Of a DNA stretch of 64,000 bases, positions 53,036 through 64,000 are shown piece by piece (position 1 is the stretch's first letter; each line of letters begins with the position of its first letter). A model generated the notes under the pieces. That model saw only the letters and a program-made list of their open reading frames with translations, ran no database searches and was not told where the DNA came from. This stretch comes from Glycera tridactyla (lineage: Eukaryota), in assembly GCA_965644265.1 (NCBI GenBank), contig OZ286464.1:18476001-18540000 (forward strand), in the 5' to 3' direction. Made by a program: the position numbers and the translations under genes.

Positions 53036-56000
53036 ATCCGCCCTGTTCAGAATTTATTTTTCTTCAGCATACTACGTACGATCTGACATTCACATCTTAT
53101 TGCGATCAGAGACTGGAAATGTTTCTCCCCATTTATAACACCCAATCGAACGAGGTCAGACTGTGATCCCATTGAACCAGTTTTTGCACTCCATTCATCC
53201 CCCAAAAAATGTACGTGATTTGACCTCTCTAATTAAGTTGATCGGAGAAGCATAAGTTGCATTTCGTCTGTCAAGAAACGTCGCCATATTTCGTACGGAT
53301 CGATTCCATTTCATCGAATGGCCTGTCTTCTTTCAAAGAACACAGTAGTCTGCTTGTGTATTGCGATGCCGCTCTTAAGTTGACAACCTGCTCGAGCGTA
53401 ATAGATGCTTTCCTGTCTCAGCACATTATGTCATATCACACCTAAGTAGTTGATGAGAGGCTCCGCAGCATTCTCCACTTTTCACGTCACCCTCAGATTA
53501 TATGCAGCGTCCTATGGATCAACTGCCTGATATTGGGCGATGATTTATCATCAGTCAAATCGGGAGAGTCTCTTCTTCCTGGAACATACGGATGGATGCA
53601 TCACCACGGCAATCATCGTTGATGATAGCATCCCGAAAAAAGCATCCGGACCTCAATGGTCGCCAATATATAGTGATATAGTCGTGGTGACGGTGGGATC
53701 GGTCATTCAATATCATCGCCCATGGCGAGATGCTATTCCTGGATGATGGCTCTCATGGGAACAGGACGCATTCACAAAACTCATCTCACTCGCACTGACT
53801 ACTTCACTGCGCCATTTCATGGGAGGTCTGAGAGAGCAGTCAAACTCCAAGGAATGTTCTACTTGCAAAGAGCTATCATGCTCTATTCTCATCCCTTATA
53901 ATCGAGTGAAATGATCCCTCAGACCGTCGCCATCATTATCACTCCCAAAATAGCCCCATTTATCTGTGGATCTTCAATTTAATTGGATATCTTTGAAGAC
54001 ATCCATGCGGATCAGAGGCTTCCACTCCCCATCGGCCGAGCTGAGAGATGTTTCCTCACATCAATCTCCGGCAATAATCCTTTCGCACCATTTAAGACAA
54101 ATTAAACGAGTGAGAGACAGACAGAATATTTATTTACAGATCAATAAATATGTTTGCAAAAAATATACTCTCAGTCGAGTATACGTGACTTGGTCTATTC
54201 TTCTGAGCTGATTCAGAGCAGAAGTGAAGGATGACCAGATCCGGTGAAACTTGCCTAATGCCAAACTATCTTTCATTCGACTTGGAAGAATGATTGACAG
54301 GTCTCAATTAAGTGCCGAATGTGTCACATTGATCAAGATCCTGCTGAAAATCTGATTTGGAAAAGTTGAGGTAAATGGGCCATTCATTGAAGGATCATGT
54401 AATGAATCCGATTGAGATGAAATGAAAGGTAAACAACTTCATTTATAGTCATCTTACAAATTTACCCCTGGAAGAGGATTTGCAGCAAAAGACGAGAAAA
54501 AGATCACGGTGTAAATATTCAACAAGGATCAATCCTTGCCCTGGATATCCCATCGCACAATGGCTGGATAATGATTGGGCCTCCCACGCACATTCTTTCA
54601 GCCTGATTCTGAGGTCCAATTTTGCCTATATTTTCTCGAATTCAGCCCCCCCCCCATTCTTCCCTAACACCTGTTAGATATCGATCAGTTGCTCTCTGAC
54701 TCCATGGGATAGCCTAAGTTGCCGTTGCATATTCCAAACAATGGCAGTGTTGAGTTTATGTCTGACGAAGACGTGTACGCTAGCCTGGTATGCTGCCTAT
54801 TCGGAGAGCCATCCCTGAGACATGAGATAACTCTGTAACTCGTGGCAGGATCATGTAAGGGGCACTAGATCAGATAGTTTTGGAAGATGAAGTATCTATT
54901 TGACTGGCACGTCAGGCAAAATGTGTGTCTCCATTAGGCTTGATATCATTTTAGGTTCAACGTCAGCCAAGCTAAGATTGGTAGGTCAAGTCAATCATGA
55001 TTTGATACAGTAACCTTCTTAGGCCGAGTGTGCAGTGTGTTGGCTCCAAACAGAAAGATGTGGAGAGGTGCTCAGGTTGTCATGCCATGTATAACCTAGC
55101 ACAGTGATGACACCACTGTCCGACATATCAACCTTGATATCCACTAAATGGACGGCCCCCTTGGCACAGGGACTCGCAAATGAGGGAGAGGCATGGATGA
55201 TTAGCTAGACTGCTGATGGTAACTACGCCACGAGTATGAAAGTTTTTTGGACTCGAGGTAATCCATCCTTCTCGAGTCGAACCAGCCACCTATCTTTCAC
55301 TTTTTCGATGGGTTGCCAATCTCGAGAGGTGTTGTTGTTCAGTTGTAGCACCATCCCTGCTCTTCTTTGCAATAGCTGATGGTGGTCTGTCTTTTTCAGT
55401 CTGTCTATCTGTCAGTCAGACAATCAGTATGTTTTCTGTCGGTTTGCGTGTTTCTCTCTCAGTCTGCCCACCCACAAACCTATACACTCTTTTTGTTTCT
55501 CTCGTTCTCTCCCGTTGGTCTGTCGTTTCATCGTTCCATCCTTCCAATCCTCTTCCCACCCATTCTTTCACCATACATCATTCTATTCACCCATATATAT
55601 GAATATACTGAAGCCCATGCAACCTACTCATCGATCCTATCGAGTAGATAACAAAATCGGCTGAAGATGAGGCTTCCAAGTCACCATTACCCACTGTAAT
55701 GAGTTTCCACATCGCTCTCAGGAGTATGTTGTGGTAGCAGTGAGGGGTTGACAACATGCCTGATGATGCATAGGACGATACAAATGACTCCAGCTTGTCC
55801 ATGACATCCTCATAGATCAACTACAATAGGACAGGTCTTTTGAAGGCAGTGGGAATTGCCAGGGATAGAGCTGTCATGAACAATAGGAGCTGATGGTCAT
55901 ACACTTCATCATCTTGCTAGCGAGAGAATGCCATTGTCATCATTCAGCGACACTGAATCATGGGGCAAGGAGTTATCCATGTTTGGCTGATGATCCAGGT

Positions 56001-58000
56001 AGAAGCTCTAATTCGGGGGAATACCCGCTCTTCCTACTGAAAGTTGAGACTTCCCAGATTTGTCGTCAAATTATGATAGTTTTGTCATACACGACGCAGG
56101 ATGAATCTGTCTTCATGCAGGGATATGCATATCTATGCAAATATGTTGAATCAGATATTATATTGATACAAATAAAGCTCTCATAGCATTTTGTATCGGC
56201 CTCACCAAAAGGGAAGATTGGTGCCACAACATGATGACAAGGTACCACCAAATCGGTTCCACGGATAGGCCGATAAGCACTCATCCATAGTGGGACCTCC
56301 CCTCAGAAGTACACACAGAAGAACTGTCTCATATGATTCATTTTTTGGAAAAGCAGTGTGCATGGCGATCGAGTTTAACAAATCTGAATTCCATCGGTGG
56401 TTCTGCCATAGGATGAGACGAGGTACTAATTGTGTATAATGAGACTTTCAAATGACGAGAAACACATCGGAATGAGGACTGTTCTTCAGTAATTGAAACA
56501 TAAACGACTTGTGGTTATTAGGATTGCATCGTCAGTGGAATAATCAATATCTCAAATAAGTGGAATCGCTTCCCGTCATTCTACTAGATACAAACGTCGT
56601 CTAGATCATCCCCAAACAGTGGAAGTTGAATGGTAATGTTCGAGTCGTACTGATATGTCGCACAGATGCATGCTCGTGAGGTCGTGAGGAATTAAGTAGC
56701 ATGGTCCACTGTGTTTGCTGGGCACTGGCTGCACTTGCAGCAGTTGTGATGGATGAATTAGAGAAGGTGGATATATCAATAGATCGAGGTTCCATGTCAC
56801 AAGGAAAATTGTATCAGGTGTCATACAGAGGATTTACAGCACAGATACATTTGATTTTCAAGCATTCAATTCTCGATAAATGAAAATATGAGGTCTATGC
56901 CATGGCAATGTGCCACTGGAATGTACCAGCACCACCAACTTTCTAGTGGTGTGCCTCAAGGTGTCTGCTTCCCTCATACATGACCCAGCACGATACAGAT
57001 ATGAGCATCCTGGGAAAACACCACTTCAGGATCCTTTATGGATGAAATGCAGATAGCATGAGGTGGGGTGGATTTACGTCGGAGGATGGTTGTTGCACAC
57101 CACACCACCGAAATATGGTGCTTGATATTCACCACGAGACCAGTGTCATTTCTCGGATAAGCATTCTCAAAATTACTCGAGGCTATTCTGTCTTGGTTGA
57201 CCCTTGGTTCAAGTCCAGCCCGTTCACACAGCAAACAATGTCATTTTCATTGATAGATGCCATCTCGTTGAATTATCGACCCTCATTCCATGACACAGAT
57301 GATTTTGTGAGTCAATATCTACTAAGTATATCAGGTGACATCTGCTCATCTTCAATTCACACTTGGGCTGGCCCCATTTCCTAATCAGGCCATCTCAGTA
57401 GTGATTATTGATCTGTAGCTAGCCGGGGGATACATCTCACGCCGGATCACCACCAAATCAATTCACCTCTAAATCTTGGGGGATTTTGTTTTTAGGGGAA
57501 TGGCACTGTATATTACATGTTCGGTGATTACAGCTCCACTGATCCGGAAAGCTGAGGGAGATTAATCAAATTACTTCCAGTGGATATCTCTCGATGAATG
57601 CCCCCCCCCCCTTACAATATACTTCCCTCTCTCCAGGTGGCCCAGATTCCACTGATCAATACATCTCTGGGTGGGTCGTCTCTACAGTCGGTTTGTTGTC
57701 TCTTATGTCACTCACTTCTATACATTCCTTCTACAGAACCAACATTAACGGTTGTTTAATATATATTAGTCAACCACCGTTGAACTGTCTGTCTTTCTCG
57801 CACGCTAGCCACGCTAAAGTCTGTCTACGTCTCTGTCTGTCTTTCTCTCGGTCTCTCTGTCTCTCTGTCTTTGTCGCTCTCTCATCTCTCTCATCCCCCA
57901 GTGCTACTTAACGAATATTTCATATTTCGGGTACAGGATTATCATTGCATACTGCCTGAATACCAACTCACCTATTTCGCACAATTCACGGAGAATTCAG

Positions 58001-58165
58001 TACAGTCGAACCTCATCTAAAGACCACCTCTCCATAAAGACCACCTCCCCATAAAGACCACCCTGAGTTGCAACCGTGGTAGTATTTTCAATAGTAAATG
58101 ACATCTCCCTATTAAGACCCCTTTGATGCGACCGAAGGCGGTCTTTATAGAGAGGTTCGACTGTA
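58001..58165. mobile_element. Complete Tc1/mariner-type MITE (161 bp plus TA TSD)
   Basis: TA|CAGTCGAACCTC ... GAGGTTCGACTG|TA: perfect 12-bp TIR with further imperfect pairing, and internal tandem (C)ATAAAGACCACC subrepeats. Confidence 0.92.
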
Positions 58166-59699
58166 TATTGTTGGATATTGAATCATCATTTGGTCAAAGA
58201 ATGCACATAACCCTTCCCACCCCAATGTGGGCTTTTCTTGTGATAAATATGAAACACATCAACGTATTCACATTATTCGCAAAGCTCATTGGATCAGAGA
58301 TCATTGAATATATCCCACTAGCAGGAGGATTCTGGTGGGATCAGTGGATGGGATAGGGTATGGGAGAGGATTGGTGGCAGGAAAAGCGCCTCTGATGTCA
58401 GACATATATCGAAATAATGTGTAGGTGTTTGCGTGATAAAAGTCAATGATGTCAGAAACCATATTCAATAGATCTCACATGAAATCAGTTCTATCACAGC
58501 TTTTGTATACACTTTCATAGTACGAAAGCAGTGAAGTGAGTGTGAGTTCGCTCTCTTGGAGAGGAATGCTGTGATTGAGGGGACCTCCTATACGTCGTCC
58601 ATGTAATAAATATTGGAGGTAGATTGTTATTACCAGACCACCTGCGCCCTGACACCTCCACTAATACTGGCAGGATAGAAATAGATCCCAGCCGTATCTC
58701 ATCTGCCGAATCCTAGCCCACATACTCCATTCATTGACTGAATCCCAACTCAAATTGAATCATTTGACACACGCCCACTAGATAATCTCTTAGAGTATTT
58801 GATTTGATTGCAAGAAGTCCGATTGTTTGTAGTGACTTCCGGGGCCGAAATGAGTGAGAAATGCCAAAGTCCATCCACTCCACGTATGATTGATGCGTAC
58901 TTCACGCATTGATAGAATGCATCGGATTGATATTCACTCCGAGACTCAGCTCTGACCCGTAGTATTGTGATACTGTCCACTCATGAGTCTAACCCAAGAA
59001 TGCCAAATATTTCGCTTTCACACCTCTCCAGTTGCGACAACCGAGGCCATATCGCATCCTTATGATATACAAACAACCGGCGAAAATATCAGCCGCTTCA
59101 CGTAGAAGAGATCTCTGAAAATCGCGTATCCTTTTCAAAGCACACAGACACTTCACATCAAGGTCCAGTGGTGACCAAATAGTCCTTCACGGTCGTTGAA
59201 ACTATTTGTGGAAGTGGAATAGTGACTTCAGTGTTTAGGCTGTGGCATCACATTCGAACATCACCTTTGACAATAAAGGCTTCTTCAGGCTTAATAAATT
59301 TGTATTCACAGGAGATTATATGAGACATCTCTCATTTCCATCTTGTGACAATTTCGAACCCATGTAACTAGTACATAATATTTAATATTCACATATGATT
59401 GGATACTCAACATAAGATATATTAGTAGATAACAAGTTGCCTATACTTTTATCATGCGTTGATACACTTCTATTCATATCATATCATAACAAATGCAGAG
59501 ACAATCCAACACTGATCCTTGATCTTACTATCCTGACATTCATTTTAGAGAAGTATTTTTCGGTTGTCAGTTGTTGTTATGCCAGGCATATGTTCACATA
59601 GGCAGCATGGCGCACAGGAGCAAGCTGAAAGATCAATCTTAACATGGCTGTGAGACTGATCTCAGATAATCTCTATATGGGCCTTAAAGAAACCTCTTG

Positions 59700-60150
59700 T
59701 ATTTCAACCACGATATTTGAAGTGAAATTAGATTCTTGGAGATTATCTGTCCCAAGTGTGTGTGGTTGTTTGAAACGTTGACCTGCTGATGCCTTGAGGT
59801 CTACTTTCAGATTACGCAAATGACATTGGAGAAGAAATTCGTGGCCCACATTTGTGACCGAGTTAACGAAGTGCACTAATACTACCTTCAGGCTCACTCT
59901 CGCCCTGTTAAACACTAGATTGGTCAATTTAATTTAGCCTTATTGCTTTCCCTAAAGCATCATTCAAACCTTCACGGTTGAGGCCCCGGGAGAATGCATC
60001 TGCTTGTATGGAATTTCCCATGTCATTGTCCTCTTGACTTTCCCCATTGAGCAATAACCATATTTCGCATCGATGTAACATGCATTCAACTATTTGCATG
60101 ATGAATCGGATTGACACCGAATGTGTGTGTATTCTGAAAAATAATTTAGC
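59700..60150 (-). mobile_element. Possible decayed RTE-clade LINE C-terminal relic
   Basis: SIRFIMQIVECMLHRCEIWLL resembles KIRLF...VESVLLYGCETW.L, followed by ALR*LGH resembling RLR..GH. Confidence 0.3.
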
Positions 60151-63100
60151 TGAGTTCTTAGCATATTTTCGTTTGACTAGGATGCGTAATTCAATGAATG
60201 TGACGTTATTGAAACTGATAACTGATGGCAGGGTATACCTATGGATGTGACTAGAGTAGTACGACAATTTCGATGTAATGCGAATTTGATTTGCTGACAG
60301 TATCGAAATTAGGTATTTGGGTTCGATCCAATGAAATCATGAGTTCAGGATTTTCGTATGTTGTATGGCCATTTGCGAGTTGCAGTTAGGACGTGTTTTC
60401 TTGTGTGAGAATGGAAATGTTTGTTTCGAATTCATCAAATAGAATATCACGAAGCCCTATGAAGCATTATTGAATACATTGCTCGTACTTGTTGGGATAG
60501 CCTGAAATACACATGAGAGTCTGACATGTGATCGCTATATGAATACAAGCTTCATGGTCATGAAACTGGCGATGGAATAATCACAACGAATAGGATAAAA
60601 ACAATCGCAGAAAGATGAGAGTGAAATGATCAAAGAAGCTGAGGAGAATAATCAAAAATACTGAGAATGAAGAGTGAGTGATGAAAGGCGAGGAAAGAAT
60701 GATAAATTGAGAGGCGCATGATAGGGTCACCAAGAAGAGTTGGTTCGGATGTTCACCACAAGGGGCACTGGAAGGTGAGCAGAGACACTGTGGGAGAGAT
60801 ATGTGATCGCAGAAAGTGGGAGCAAAACAACCATGGAAAATGAGAGAGGAGAAAGAAAAGGAACAATGACTAGATTGAAAGGAACAATTAGAGGAGAGAA
60901 ATGATCACGGAAAATTACAAAATGTGAGTGAGAGAGTAATAAAAGGAAAACATGAGGAATGATCCCAACTTGAAAAGCGTGGTGAGGATAGGATCGTCTC
61001 AAGGGAACAAACTGGAACTTCAGTCGGTTATCCATGCCTGCCACTGTTGAAGTTAGATATTTGTGCTGACAAGTCAAGTGATTCAACAGCAAGCAACACC
61101 TGGTGGTGGAGGTGACGGCAAATGGCCGTATAACATATTCATGGCCGTGAAGCCAGCTGAGAAAAATTGAATCGTGAGTCAACCATTTATGCGTGGTGGT
61201 GGTCCAAGTGGCGAAGAGTCACTCACTCCAGGGGTGATCACACAGCGACTTGCTAGCACCACGGTCACAGATGGATGCCTGACAATCACTAATTGCCGGA
61301 ACCATCACTACATTTGATATTCATATGATCGGTGCATCACAACTTCACATAATTTGGCTCTTTTCATCATTCTACAGCGAGCGGAAATTCCAGAAATGTC
61401 ATCTGTATGTGATGAAATACTGATATTGTGTCTGGATACCGCTGGAATTTTCTGCATTCTGATCAAAAGAGCCTGGGACTGAACTGGGGCTAGCTTATCT
61501 ATTCTTCTATTCTGTGTATCGTGTGTTGTCAAGACCAGTGGCTACCTCATGTGTCTTACAAACCGATGGTCAGGTAGATGTCCTTGTTTCATATCCAACA
61601 CGTTTCTCGCACTTCAGCACTTCTATCTCAAGTAGCCAGGAAACGTGTTAGGATCAGGACACACATAAAAATTCAGCTGAGGTGAGGACCTCAAGAAATC
61701 CACGCACGTACGAACGTCTTCTGATGTTCATGGAAATCAATAGGACCCTCTAATCGAAATGATGGGCGTCCTCACCATTGTTACAGTGGACAGCTTGCTT
61801 TCATTCCAGGAGGCAGTTACATATGTAGGGGTATGTAGATGCTCCTCATATCTCCCAATGTATATATAATACGATCATGCTTGCCATTCAATCACATTCA
61901 TCCGCTATCACCGAGCTGCGGATTGAATCGATTTTGCAGTTAGAAGACAGCAATTAAGAAAAGATGGGTAATAAGGTATAGCATGAGGGCTGACGTACAA
62001 CTCAAAATATATCACATGGATGCAATTTCCTAGATGTAAAGTGGTCCTGATATCTCCGGTAGTTGAAATGTATGATTGTTGATGAAGAGGTAATTGGGGC
62101 TGGAGATGGACGCTGCATATGTATCATGATATAGATGAAAGCAACCCTAATATCTCATGCCGTCAACTGAATTTTTTGAAGTTAAATTCAAGGGGTATTT
62201 TCTGGAGATCAAGAAGATTCTTATCATCATCTTAAATTCTCATGATATTATAAATACCTCATTTTGACTCAATAGCACCCTCTGTCATTCGCATCCGATG
62301 GTTCGTCTTAATTTTTACAAATGTAATAAGTTTCTGTGGATGCTGTATATGGATAGTGCGAACCCGGAGATGGACAGAGTGAACCACATCCGAATTAAGC
62401 AGACATCTTGTTCAACGACACAATTTTGGTATTCAGACGACGCCATGTCAGAGAAGCTGTATCCATCATGGTAGCAACATGCATGTATCAGCACCCAGTG
62501 AACCTGAGGTTGCTCCAGGACTATCTTGATTGATTGCGAAGTCACTTCCCGTACGTCATGAGGTAACGAACAGGGCTTCTGCAATCAAAACCAGCAGCGA
62601 TTTCGACGGATTTTGATTGATTGGATGTCGGAAATTATGACGTGCATGTCTCTGTTCCAGTCTGACTTGATGTGTTTGACGTTGATCCCGTCAAAAGTCG
62701 AGGTTCAGTCTCCACTGTCCCAGGACAGATGAACTCACTATAACCTATTCCTCAACTGTAGTGTTTTAGTACTGAGGGATCACCAACTTAGTATTAATCC
62801 GTTCAGATTAGGAGGGGGTGACGAGGTTGTTCGATCAAAACCGTTCCCATGTTGAAGATATGTGCTGGATGACTGGAGCGAATCAATATACGTAGGGGTG
62901 GATAATTAATTACTTTACCGAGAGTAAATGATGGTGACTAAAAAGTACTCGGCACATGTCGCAAATTGCATGCACCCCTTACCCGTGGGCCTGAGGCATA
63001 TATTTCAGAGTCAGCTGGAGAAGTAAAAGACGAGGCCATTGAAGGTTTGGTTATGATTTTGGCCTCTGGCTCATTGATGAATAATCATAACAGAATCATC

Positions 63101-63914
63101 TTAATGAATGCTGACATAAGCGAGATGGATCTAATTTTTCGTGCAATCAATCCTGTAATCAGTTGGGCAGGTGTTTGTACTTGTTAATCGAACAGCATAG
63201 TCACTGTCCTAACGTATCATGAGTTTGTTACTTTGCACATACAACAGTTTCAAATCCCCCATTATCACCCTCTTCTCCGCCCCCTTCAATTTTCAGGTAC
63301 CAGGCTGTGCATTGGTTCATCTCATTAGAGGTTTGGCGAGTGTACGATTGGATCGTGTCTGACCATCTCCGCCCGAGACTTTCCTTAGCAATAGAGTGAC
63401 CCGTATGAAATTAAGGTGATGACTGACTGGACAAATTGTCCTTCTACAAATCAAACCGCGCCTCTACATAATGTTTGACTTTGATACTGTGTTGAGAGGT
63501 GGTGGTCACCCATTCCCACCAGTGCAAGTTGATACTTGCTACCAGGACATTCACTATATGATTGGAATAACTGCTACAATCTGCATTAACTCGTTGTACT
63601 GATGCGAACATCGGTGAGCTATCTCATCCATATGCACAGAAAGATTAGGGAACACATGGCAGGCTTAAGCCCCTGTATCATGTATCAGCGAGTAGTTCAT
63701 CGGGTCCATCTACCAAATTGTCAAGCAGTATCAGTATACAATTCTCCAAGGGCTATGACCAGGTCCACTAGGATGTGTGATGACGTTTAACTATGAACAT
63801 TGGCCACCCAGCATTGTAACAGAAGTTGACTTTCCTTCGCTCATCATGTTGAATGTGTATTCTCCTGGATCAAGTACGGTTCTTCGCTCCGGACTGAAGC
63901 ATCACAATCCGGTA

Positions 63915-64000
63915 TAGATAGACAGATAGATGGATGAAAAGACAGACAGGCAGACAGGCGCCCGGACGGACACACAGAATGACAGATGGAAGGGTGGATG
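63915..64000. repeat. (GATA/GACA/GGAC)n simple repeat
   Basis: Direct reading. Confidence 0.85.

Noticed and set aside
57130-57240. B-box-like GGTTCAAGTCC (also GGTTCGATCC near 60316 and an A-box-like motif near 54550) as tRNA or SINE
   Set aside because: No cloverleaf or convincing paired A and B boxes could be assembled.
62500-62580. FN3-like REVTSQSIKIVLEQP after an acceptor (also TTQSMTDNTFIVQW at ~13065-13105)
   Set aside because: The matches are short, lie on opposite strands, and lack the rest of the FN3 pattern.

Overview
This is repeat-rich eukaryotic (animal-like) genomic DNA from a draft scaffold with six N gaps. I could not support any intact host protein-coding gene, rRNA, tRNA or CRISPR array; most short ORFs in the track come from repeats, gaps or chance. 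The clearest structures are: (1) a young gag-only Ty3/Gypsy-type LTR element on the minus strand (29596 to at least 33061) with ~925-bp LTRs, atypical TATATTATG...CATAATATA termini, a tRNA-Ala-like PBS, a gag frame with one internal stop, and no pol; (2) a TIR element (43694-45134) with TGT...ACA ends, a 4-bp GCAC target-site duplication, subterminal 20-bp palindromes and an internal acidic (ED)n reading frame, resembling a non-autonomous Ginger-type transposon; (3) three decayed L2/CR1-group LINE fragments, Tc1/mariner-type MITEs and several very old integrase or RTE relics; (4) five minisatellites (56, 51, 25, 34 and 32 bp units), one with a 448-bp higher-order repeat. All identifications come from reading the sequence by eye; no database searches were run.
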